A DNA stretch of 64,000 nucleotides from Candidatus Latescibacterota bacterium (GTDB lineage: Bacteria; Latescibacterota; UBA2968; GCA-2709665), in contig CBDDDZ010000003.1 of assembly GCA_965226795.1 (NCBI GenBank), positions 448,001-512,000 of the forward strand, read 5' to 3'. How positions within the stretch are numbered: position 1 is the stretch's first letter; each line of letters begins with the position of its first letter. Below, in pieces: positions 49,400 through 59,272 of this stretch. Both the position numbers and the translations under genes were made by a program. The notes beneath the pieces were generated by a model. It searched no databases, had not been told where the DNA came from, and saw only the letters and a list, made by a program, of their open reading frames with translations.

Positions 49400-50765
49400 A
49401 TTTTTCCAGCCTGCGGTAGAGAGAGCTGCGCGTGATGCCAAGTTCCCGGGCGGTGTGGCTGATGTTGCCCTGATGCTTCTCGATGGCTTTGCGAATCGCG
49501 GTTTTCTCTATGCGATCGAGGTTGAAGTCTTCGCAGTGAATGTGGTCGCCCGTGGTGGGTTCTGACGTGGTGAGTGGAAAGTCCGACGGTTGCAGCGTTC
49601 CGTTTTCGTTCATGATGACGGCGCGTTCAATGGCATGCTGGAGTTCGCGGACGTTGCCGGGCCAGGAGTAGGCTTTGAGTTTTTCCAGGGTGCGGGGGTG
49701 CACGCCGATGCGGGGCTTCTTGTATTTCCTGCAATACCTGTCCAGGAAGTTGCCGATGAGGAGCGGCAGGTCTTCACGGCGGTCCCGGAGCGGGGGCAGC
49801 CGGATTTCAACCGTGTTGATGCGGTAGAGCAGGTCCTGGCGGAATTCGTTTCGGGCGGCCAGGTCGTGGATCGGCGTATTGGTGGCGCAGACGAGCCGGA
49901 TATCGATCGGAACGGGCTTGTTGGTGCCCAGGCGAAAAACGGTGCGTTTTTCGAGTACGGTAAGCAGTTTGGCCTGAAGCGGCAGTGAGAGGTTGCCGAT
50001 TTCATCCAGAAAGAGCGTCCCGCCCGACGCGGTTTCAAATCGCCCCGCACGGTCTTCCCTGGCGTCTGTAAAGGCGCCTTTTTTGTGCCCGAAAAGCTCG
50101 CTTTCGAAAAGGGTCTCGGGTACGGCGCCGAGGTCGACCTGGATGAAGACCTGATCCGCGCGGCCGGATTGACGGTGAAGGGCGCGGGCGACCGCGTCTT
50201 TACCCGTTCCGTTGTCACCCAGAATGAGCACGTTGGCGTCGGTGGCGCCCACTTTCCGGATCGTTTCGAAGACGTCGCGCATGACGGACGAGACGGCTAT
50301 GATACCGGGAAACTGCCTGTCCAGGTCGGCATGGAGTTGCCGCTGGCGGGAGCGAAGCCGAACGACGTCCAGGCGCGACCGGCGCAGCGTGGCTGCCGCG
50401 GAAAGGGTGGCCAGCAGTTTCTCGTTCTGCCAGGGCTTGAGCACAAAGTCAGTTGCGCCTTCCTTAATGGCCTGGGCGGCCGTCTTGACGTCGCCGAACG
50501 CCGTGATGAGGACCACCACGGCGGAGGGGTCCATCTCCAGGATCCGCCGCAGCCAGTGAAACCCTTCCCTGCCGGAGGTGGCGTCCTGTGCAAAGTTCAT
50601 ATCCAGGAGGATCACATCGTATGTGTCATTCTGCAGAAGTTCGGGAATGCGGTTGGGATCGGCTTCGGTATCCACGCGCTCGGCGTGCTGCTTGAGAAAG
50701 AGTTGTGCGGCCAGCAGCACGTCGCGGTCGTCGTCGACAATGAGAATTTTGTCGAAAGATTTCAT
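49389..50765 (-). CDS. sigma54-dependent (NtrC-type) response regulator
   Basis: REC domain, [36 protein letters not shown], Fis HTH. Confidence 0.97.
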   Translation of the reverse strand: MKSFDKILIVDDDRDVLLAAQLFLKQHAERVDTEADPNRIPELLQNDTYDVILLDMNFAQDATSGREGFHWLRRILEMDPSAVVVLITAFGDVKTAAQAIKEGATDFVLKPWQNEKLLATLSAAATLRRSRLDVVRLRSRQRQLHADLDRQFPGIIAVSSVMRDVFETIRKVGATDANVLILGDNGTGKDAVARALHRQSGRADQVFIQVDLGAVPETLFESELFGHKKGAFTDAREDRAGRFETASGGTLFLDEIGNLSLPLQAKLLTVLEKRTVFRLGTNKPVPIDIRLVCATNTPIHDLAARNEFRQDLLYRINTVEIRLPPLRDRREDLPLLIGNFLDRYCRKYKKPRIGVHPRTLEKLKAYSWPGNVRELQHAIERAVIMNENGTLQPSDFPLTTSEPTTGDHIHCEDFNLDRIEKTAIRKAIEKHQGNISHTARELGITRSSLYRRLEKYGL

Positions 50766-50875
50766 TGACGCCTCGGGGGTTCAGGCATGAATAGGCAGAC
50801 GATACCTGAACGCGGGACCCGCGCGAGGGGTGCGACGGCCAATCATGCTGGAGACAACTGAATTCTTAACGAAGA

Positions 50876-50891
50876 TGCATTTTTCGTGCCA
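50876..50891 (-). promoter_or_regulatory. sigma54 -24/-12 promoter facing the regulator
   Basis: TGGCACGAAAAATGCA on minus strand. Confidence 0.55.
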
Positions 50892-50979
50892 ATACGCCTC
50901 TTGAATCGAATTTGCGTACAACCATAATGATCACAGAGACTTATCCTGTCAAGCAGTTCGAGGACCGGCGTATCCCATG

Positions 50980-51016
50980 TGTTCAATTTCGGACACTACT
51001 GTATCATTAACGGACA
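50980..51016. promoter_or_regulatory. Tandem enhancer-like (UAS) sites
   Basis: TGTTCAATTTCGGACA (TGT-N10-ACA) and TGTATCATTAACGGACA (TGT-N11-ACA). Confidence 0.6.
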
Positions 51017-51080
51017 CTTGAATGCTGCCTTTTTACCCCGGCGCATCGCTAAGTACCTGTAAAATCGGGCGAAACAAACA

Positions 51081-51096
51081 TGGCACGCCCGTTGCT
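51081..51096 (+). promoter_or_regulatory. sigma54 -24/-12 promoter of permease array
   Basis: TGGCACGCCCGTTGCT, exact consensus match. Confidence 0.85.
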
Positions 51097-51180
51097 TTGG
51101 GTACGCATGGATCAACGCGTCGCCACGGAATGAATTCCGGGCGCGGGCATTGATGGCTACAACAACACAGGAGTCGGATA

Positions 51181-53632
51181 ATGTTCTGGAATTATCTCAA
51201 GGTGGCCTGGCGAAATCTGCTGCGGCATCCGCTTTATGCCGCGATCAACGTGGTGGGCTTGGGTATCGCGATCTCGTTTTGCCTGCTGGCGTTCCTGTAT
51301 GTACGTCACGAGTGGACCTACGATGCGTTTCATAAAAATGCCGATCGCATTTACAGGGTCTACGCGGAATTTGAAAGCAGCCGAACTTCAGACAATACGC
51401 CAAGGGCATTGGGGCCAACGATGTCGGAGGCGTTTCCGGACGTCCGTTCCGTTAGAGTGGATTTCTTGCGACGCTTAATCCACCATCAAGGTCAGACGAT
51501 CAACGAGTCCTTCCTTCAGGCAGGTCCATCAATTCTGCGGGTTTTCTCCTTTTCTCTGATCAAGGGAAATCCGGCCACCGCGCTGGATGATCCGGACTAC
51601 GTCGTTATTACCGAGACAATGGCTGAGAAGTACTTTCCAGGTCAAGACCCGATTGGTAAGACGATCTCCGTTCAAGATATAGAGATGAAAGTTATCCAAG
51701 TAACAGGTGCAACCGGAATGACCATGTTGTCGGTGGGACAATCAGACCGAACGCCAGAATCCAAAGGACATGGCCCGGATAAACGGCCGACACAGGAATT
51801 GACGGTAACCGGCGTGATCAAGGCAATTCCCAAAAACTCCACCCTTCGCTTTGATTTTCTCTCCGCTTTCAACCCTGCGGCTCAGAAACGGGAATGGAAC
51901 ACCGTGAACACTTACGTTTTGCTACCGGAAGATCTGAGTCCCCAGGAAATGGAGCGCCGGCTCGAAGATCTTTCGGTGCCGTGGCCCGGTAGCCGACGCC
52001 CGGGGAAGCTAAGATTGCAGGCACTTGTAGATATTTACTTTGATTCAAGTCGCATCGGATTGCACGCCGATGGCAATCCCGTCTATTCCTATCTGCTGGG
52101 GGGCATTGCAATACTCGTGCTGATCGTGGCCGTGGTCAACTATGCAAGCCTATCCGTGGGCCGGTCGTTTTCTCGCGCCCGCGAAGTCGGACTGCGCAAG
52201 GCGGCCGGGGGCCTGCGGACCCAACTGGCGAAGCAGTTTCTGGCGGAATCGGCTATGCTGATACTGATCGCGCTTGCGCTCGGGTTGGCGCTGGCCGAAC
52301 TGTTCATGCCGGGTTTCAACAGTCTGATCAGCAGGAAATTCGCCCTGTCCGATCTGGCGGATTCGACCTCACTCGTGTTTCTGCTCGTGATGGTGCTGGT
52401 GGTGGGCATCGTCGCCGGTGGTTACCCGGCAATATTCATGTCCGGATTCCTTCCCGTCGATGCGTTAAAAGGGCGGTACAAGGTGGATCGAATGGGCTTT
52501 TTCAGCCGTGCGCTCGTGGCATTCCAACTGACCATCTCCACGGTCACTGGTGACATGCATGACCATAGCGTCCATACAGATGAACATGATGAAATCAAAA
52601 CCGCTTGGTTTTGAGCCCAGCCATGTCGTCGTCGTTCGGCTATTCGGGATATCCCAGAGAATGGACCTGGCCAAAGCGTTCGAGACGGCCATCCGGCCAT
52701 ACCATTCCGTCTTGAATACTACGAGAACAGCACACGGATTCAGCAGTTTAATGCGAAGTCGTTCTCACATCAGTTGGAAGGGGACGACACTGGAAGGTGT
52801 TGAGAGCATTTTCTGTGATACGCGTTTCCTCGAAACAATGAGTATAGGGCTAATGGAGGGTCGAAATTTCGAGCTGGATAGCGACGCGGAGACATCGGTA
52901 ATTGTAAACGAATCTCTCGCCAGGAAACTGGGATGGGAAGCGCCTATCGGCGAGACGATTCGGCTTGGCAGGAAGGAACAGACGGTTATCGGTGTCGTCC
53001 GGGATTTTCATTTCCGGTCCCTTCACCACGCCATCGGCCCCGCGGTGTTGCAATTGCAGGCGACCTCGTCGTCCGCCCGGCCCCGGGCGGACTTCAGATT
53101 CCTGCTCATGATTCGGATTCGCCCGGACAATGTCCACGACACACTTGATTTCCTGGCAGAGAAATGGGGTGAGATCGCACCGGATGTTCCGTTTAACCAT
53201 AATTTCTTCGATGAGGAAATAGACCGTCAATACCGGGAGGAACAGCGGTGGTTCAGAATCGCGGGCTACGCGACCTTCTTCGCCGTGTTCATCGCGTGCC
53301 TGGGCGCTTTCGGGCTGACGTCGCTCACCGTCGCCAGGCGTACCAAGGAAATAGGGATCCGGAAAGTCGTGGGCGCGCCAACAACACGTATCATCTCCCT
53401 GCTGACCCGGGAATATGTGGTCCTCGTTGGCATCGCCAGCCTGATCGCATGGCCTGCCGCGTACGTCGCGGCGGAGCGCTGGCTGCGTGATTACGCGTAT
53501 CGCGTGGATCCCGGAATAGGGACTTTTCTCCTGGGAGGCCTGCTCATGCTCCTCATGGTGCTCCTGGCCGTAAGCCTGCAGGTCGCCCGGGCGGCCCGCG
53601 CAAATCCTGTCGACGCGTTGCGGTTTGAGTAA
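51181..53632 (+). pseudogene. MacB/FtsX-type duplicated ABC permease 1, +1 frameshift near 52546
   Basis: ORFs 51181-52614 and 52550-53632 join as TISTVLVTCMTIAS; REVGLRK, RTKEIGIRK, ANPVDALRFE. Confidence 0.85.
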
Positions 53633-53636
53633 GAGC

Positions 53637-53983
53637 GGGCAGACAGGAATGTCTGCCCCACCTTCACACCGGCTTCCTCGGCATGACAGCCAGAGCCGGC
53701 GAGTGACGGATACTTTACGACGATGGCTATTGCAATGCATGTCATTCTGAGCGGAGTCGAAGAATCTCCCGTCTACTGCCGTTCTACGCAGGAGGCGGCC
53801 GTGCTGCCTCTCAGGTATTGACACGTGCAAATCGCGCGGGGATGATTCAATGCCGCAGTAGATCCTTCGTCAGCCTGGCGGCTTCCTCAGGATGACAGTT
53901 TGTGCCGACACCTGACCGACAGATTTCGCCAATGGTTATTGCAAAGCATGTCATTCTGAGCGAAGTCGAAGAATCTCCCGTCT
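53637..53983. repeat. REP hairpin plus duplicated TGTCATTCTGAGCG elements
   Basis: GGGCAGACA-ggaa-TGTCTGCCC; ~51-bp direct repeat at ~53723 and ~53932; inverted partner ~53859-53897. Confidence 0.8.
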
Positions 53984-54193
53984 TCTCGAATGGACGTGCA
54001 GCGGAAGCCTTCACCGGCCCATTTGCGCGGACGCTTCGTCTGCCCTGCGGCAGCCACAGCAATGACAGTGTAGGCGTACGCGTAATGGACCCGTATCGCG
54101 GCTGATTCGACGACACAAAATGGAGTCGTGCAATTTCGGTCGTGGCTGAGGACAGCGAGGCAGCGACCATGAAAACGCACGAGGAGGCCCTAC

Positions 54194-56575
54194 GTGATCG
54201 CAAACTACCTGAAAGTAGCCATTCGCAGTTTGATGAGGAACAAGACCTTTTCGGCTATCAATATTCTCGGTCTTGCAATCGGCATCGCGTGCTGCATCCT
54301 CATTTTACTCTATGTTCAGGATGAACTGAGCTATGACCGGCACCATAAAAACGCGGATCGAATTTTCCGGCTTGCCGAGGAGGTACGTATAGAAGGAAGA
54401 ACGCGATGGATCGCGATAACACAATACCCGGCGGGACCGGCTCTCGTCCAGGATTATCCGATCGTGGTTGATGCCATCCGGTTTTACAGAGATGATGCAA
54501 AAATGCTGGTTGGAAATCAGCACGTAAAGTTCTACGAAAAGGACCTCTTGTTCACGGATGCGAATGTTTTCAAGGTCTTCGATTTTCCCCTGATCAAAGG
54601 TGATCCTCGAACGGCGCTTCAGAAGCCCGATTCCATTGTTCTTACGGAAGCGATGGCTTGGAAGTATTTCGGTGACCGGGAGCCGCTGGGTCAGACACTT
54701 ACGGTTAGCGGTAGGACGTATAAGGTGACAGGTGTTCTGAAGCACACCAATCGCAGGTCCCATTTACAGTTCGATTTCCTGGCATCCCCCGTGAAGGAGA
54801 AAGATTGGTTCGAACACGACTATTATACCTATCTGCTATTGCAAGACAAACTGGCTGTCGCCGAACTGGAGAGGCAGTTGCCAGACTTCGTACACCGACA
54901 CATAGGGAGACAAATCAAGGCAGCAGGAATCGAATTGAAGCTTTTTTTGCAGCCTGTGGCCGATATTCATCTTCATTCACATTTGGAGTTCGAGATCAGT
55001 CCCAACGGGGATATCCGGTATATCTATCTCTTTCTCCTCATCGCCTTTCTTGTCTTGCTGCTTGCCTGTATCAATTTCACAAACCTTTCGACCGCCCGCT
55101 CGGTGTACCGGTCAAAGGAGATCGGAATACGGGGAGCGGTCGGTGCAGTCCGACGGCAGTTGGTTTTTCAGTTTTTGGGCGAGTCGACGTTGCTTGCTTC
55201 AATTGCCACTGTTATCGCCGTTGTGATGGTGGAGATCCTGCTTCCCACATTTAATGCCTTTGTCGAACGTGATCTGGCTTTGAATGACCTGAATGGCCGG
55301 GATGTTGGGCTGGCTCTGATCGGCATTTTGCTGTTTACCGGCGTGCTGTCCGGGTGCTATCCCGCCGTTTTTCTCTCGGCGACACGACCGGTCGCCGGCT
55401 TGAAGGGAATGAGCGGCCCTGGCACGAAAAAATCAAGTATTCAGAGGACGCTTGTCGTCGTCCAATTCACAATTTCGATCATCCTGATAATTGGGACGGG
55501 TGTGGTTTATGACCAGGCCGGTTATATTCGCAAGAAGCGACTTGGTTTCCGTAAAGACCACGTGCTCATAGTGCCATACGGCGGTAGCGATGTTATGGGA
55601 CGATTTAAAAACGCAGTATCGGCACACAGTTCCGTAATGAATATGTCGGCCTCGTCCACCGTACCCGGCGGGGGTATTTCCAGCCATCTTTTCCGCCCGC
55701 CGACGGACGGAGCACCCAAAGATCCCTTGATGATGAACGTGTTCCACGTAGACCACGAGTTTATTCAGACATTTGGAATTGAAGTCCTGGAGGGAAGAGC
55801 CTTTTCAGATGATTTTGGAAGCGACCGGGAGGCGGCCTTCATGCTCAATCAGTCGGCTATGCGGAAATTGGGGTGGATCTCCTGTGCGGATAGGGAGTTG
55901 GAACGGGTCGTTCCGAGCGGCACTGAATTGGCCGGGGAAGATAGAGGGGATGTGATCGGCGTCGTGAAAGATTTTCATTACAAATCTCTGCATCACGAAA
56001 TCGAACCCCTTGTAATCATGATGGGAGAATGGGGCTGGAAAGACTTCCTTTCCATTCGGATACGGCCGGAGGATGTTGCGGGCACACTGGATTTTCTCAA
56101 AACCCAATGGCGCGAAGTCGTACCGAATACGCCGTTTGAATACTCGTTCCTGGATACGTCATTCGATCGGCTATACCGGACGGAAGCTCGGTTGGGGATG
56201 CTATTCGGCGGTTTCTCCGCCCTGGCGATTGTTGTGGCAGGACTTGGTTTGTTTGGCCTTTCTACCTTCTCCGTTCAACAGCGCACAAAGGAAATCGGTG
56301 TCCGAAAGGCGGTGGGGGCATCTGTTACCAGTATTGTTTTGCTCTTGTCCAAAGAATATGTCCTGCTTGTCGGGGCTGCCAATTTGATCGCTTGGCCAGT
56401 CGCCTACTATGTGATGAACCGGTGGCTGGAGAATTTCGCCTACCGGGTCGATCCGGCGATCTCAACGTTTGTTTTCGGTGGACTTCTGGCGTTGTGTATC
56501 GCGCTTTTCACCGTGAGCTACGAAACATGCAAAGCAGCCCGGGCGAATCCCGTGGACGCGTTGCGGTATGAGTGA
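54194..56575 (+). CDS. MacB/FtsX-type duplicated ABC permease 2
   Basis: NYLKVAIRSL, INILGLAIG, SYDRHH..ADRI, ACINF.NLSTA, KDFHYKSLH, RTKEIGVRK, ANPVDALRYE. Confidence 0.92.
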   Translation: MIANYLKVAIRSLMRNKTFSAINILGLAIGIACCILILLYVQDELSYDRHHKNADRIFRLAEEVRIEGRTRWIAITQYPAGPALVQDYPIVVDAIRFYRDDAKMLVGNQHVKFYEKDLLFTDANVFKVFDFPLIKGDPRTALQKPDSIVLTEAMAWKYFGDREPLGQTLTVSGRTYKVTGVLKHTNRRSHLQFDFLASPVKEKDWFEHDYYTYLLLQDKLAVAELERQLPDFVHRHIGRQIKAAGIELKLFLQPVADIHLHSHLEFEISPNGDIRYIYLFLLIAFLVLLLACINFTNLSTARSVYRSKEIGIRGAVGAVRRQLVFQFLGESTLLASIATVIAVVMVEILLPTFNAFVERDLALNDLNGRDVGLALIGILLFTGVLSGCYPAVFLSATRPVAGLKGMSGPGTKKSSIQRTLVVVQFTISIILIIGTGVVYDQAGYIRKKRLGFRKDHVLIVPYGGSDVMGRFKNAVSAHSSVMNMSASSTVPGGGISSHLFRPPTDGAPKDPLMMNVFHVDHEFIQTFGIEVLEGRAFSDDFGSDREAAFMLNQSAMRKLGWISCADRELERVVPSGTELAGEDRGDVIGVVKDFHYKSLHHEIEPLVIMMGEWGWKDFLSIRIRPEDVAGTLDFLKTQWREVVPNTPFEYSFLDTSFDRLYRTEARLGMLFGGFSALAIVVAGLGLFGLSTFSVQQRTKEIGVRKAVGASVTSIVLLLSKEYVLLVGAANLIAWPVAYYVMNRWLENFAYRVDPAISTFVFGGLLALCIALFTVSYETCKAARANPVDALRYE

Positions 56576-56686
56576 GACACCGTGATTATAGTTGCAAAAG
56601 ATTCAGTTGATGGGCGTGTCACACAGGGAAGTGGCAGCGAATAGTCAGCCTGGTTCTCATCGATTCCAGTCTGCGAGGATTCGACG

Positions 56687-59036
56687 ATGTTCTGGAATTA
56701 TCTCAAGGTGGCCTGGCGGAATCTGCTGCGGCACCCGCTTTATGCCGCGATCAACGTGGTGGGATTGGGCATCGCGATTGCGTTCTGCACCGTGACGTTT
56801 CTATATGTTCGGCACGAATGGTCTTACGATTCGTTCCACAAGCACGCGAATACTATTTACCGACTATACGTATGTTGGAAGGATCCGGGCGGTGACCGAA
56901 GGTTCTTTGCTTCCCAGAGTCCTCCTTTAGCACCCGTATTGGCTGAAAATATTCCGGAAATAGTCCATACTGTCAGGCTGAAGTCAAGCAGGAAATGGAT
57001 GAGGGTCGGGGAGAAGATGTTTGAACAGGATCTTCTTTTTGCAGATGCGTCCCTCTTCGATATTTTCAGCTTTCCGCTAAGGGTGGGCGATGAAAATACG
57101 GCCCTTCGGGATAACAATTCTGTCGTAATACAGGAGGACCTGGCGCAAAAATATTTCGGCAATGAAAATGCGGTGGGTAAACAGATCGCGATTCTTGGCT
57201 CGGGCAACCGGTTTCACCATTTTCTGGTGACCGGCGTGGCACATCGCATTCCGGCCAACTCCAGCATTCGATTCGACTGTCTACTACCATACGAACGACT
57301 GATAGACATTCTTGAGATAGACATCCACAGTCGGTCCACGAGCATCGGCAACCATACTGTTTATGTTCGATTGGCCGAGAATTCCGTTCCCGATGAGGTT
57401 GAAGCGAAATTCCCATCAGTAGTTGAAAAATACATGTGGAACCCTGAAAGAAAGACGTTGCATCTCCAGAGACTGACCGATGTTCACCATGCTAACCATG
57501 TCCTCTTCGGACCAGAACCGGCGAGCAACCCGGTCTATTCCTACGTTCTGAGTGGGCTTGCACTATTGGTCCTATTGATCGCTTGCGTTAATTTCGTAAA
57601 CCTCTCCATAAGCCGGTCTGCGGCTCGTGCCAAAGAATTGGGTGTGCGCAAAGTAATAGGTGCAAGAAGGTACGAGGTCGCAGTCCAAATTTGGAGTGAG
57701 TCCCTAATACTGAATTTTATAGCAATGTTGCTTGGGTTTGCGATAGCCGAACTGTATCTGCCAAAGTTCAACGATCTGATCCAGAAAATAGCACCGATCG
57801 AATTCCAAATGGATGGATGGACTCTAGGAATCCTGGCTGGACTCACGTTACTGGTTAGCTTGGCCGCGGGGGGGTATCCCGCTGCTCTTTTATCGCGTTT
57901 CCATCCTGTAGACGTACTTAAAAAAACACTGCGGATCAGTGGTAGGGGCGGCTTGGGTCAGATGCTTATGGTTATTCAATATGCCTTGTCCATCTTTTTT
58001 ATTGTAAGTGCCATCCTTATGACTAAACAGGTCGAATTCTTGAAGATGAAAAGCTTAGGATCTCACAGTGAGCCGGTCCTGGTTGTGCCCTTGTGGAAAC
58101 TTGAGAGGGCGGGGGCTTTTGAAGTTTTCAAAAATGAGTTGGCGCAACACGAGGATATTACCGGCATTACCGGTGCCTCGGATCTCTTTGGCTGGGGGCT
58201 GAAGAGGTATACGACCATCTACAAGGACAAAAAAGTAAGTTTCGGGGTGTATGGAAGTTGATCGCAATTACTTCGATTTTATGGGGGTCGAACTGGTCTC
58301 AGGGAGGGGTTTCTCAGACGAATTCGGTGTCGAAGGGGTAATGGTCAATGAGACATGGGTGAATACAATTGGTTTGGATGCCTCTGAACATTTGAAGGGG
58401 GTATTTGAGGATCGCCCCATTGTCGGTGTGGTGAAGGACTTCCATTATCAATCCCTTCATCACGGGATTGAACCCGTGATGTTTTCGCATACCTCGAGTC
58501 CGTCCTACATGTTTGTCAAGATGCGCGCAGACGACATTCCCACAACCATTGAACTCTTGAAAAACAAATGGAATCTGCTCGTGCCGAATCTGCCTTTCGA
58601 CTTTGAATTCTTGGATGACCACGTAGATAGACTCTACAAGTCGGACCAGCGTTGGGGGCAAATTGTAGGGTATTCTTCCCTCTTTGCAATCTTCATCGCT
58701 TCCCTGGGTGCGTTCGGGTTGACAGCCCTTGCTGTAGCCAGGCGTGCAAAGGAGGTGGGTATTCGCAAGGCCTTGGGTGCATCAGTGCTCGACATCATCA
58801 TGTTGTTTTCGAAAGATTTCATAAAGTTTTTGATCCTGGCTAATCTAATTGGCTGGCCGATGGCTTACTATACCATGAGCCGATGGCTTCAAGATTTCGC
58901 ATATCGAATAAATGTCGCACCACAGGTATTTGTGTTAGGAGGATTCATAACGTTCGTCATTGTGTTGTTGACAGCTACCACCCAGGCTTACAAAGCCGCA
59001 ACTGCAAATCCAGTAGATGCTTTGCGGTACGACTAG
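56687..59036 (+). pseudogene. MacB/FtsX-type duplicated ABC permease 3, +1 frameshift near 58245
   Basis: ORFs 56687-58261 and 58251-59036; A6 and G4 runs at the junction. Confidence 0.85.
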
Positions 59037-59272
59037 CGCACAGCACACTTTCTCTGGCGGCCGGTTCAAGCTGCCTCATCGATTGGCGCGACGGAAGCGC
59101 GGGGCCTGTTATTGGGAGATAAAACGGCGAGAAGAATTCTCGATAAGAGTACGGCCTATCCGCGGGAAACAGGGTCAAGTGCAATGTTTTCTGCAGTGTT
59201 GTTTGGTTTTCGGGGTCCTGCCAAACGTATCCACATGGTTTCTGTAGATTGCAACCAAACGGGATTAAGGCG

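Noticed and set aside
58225..58262. Programmed frameshifting in permease 3 and other split genes
   Set aside because: Paralogues are continuous at the same sites and indel positions differ between genes; error or decay is simpler.
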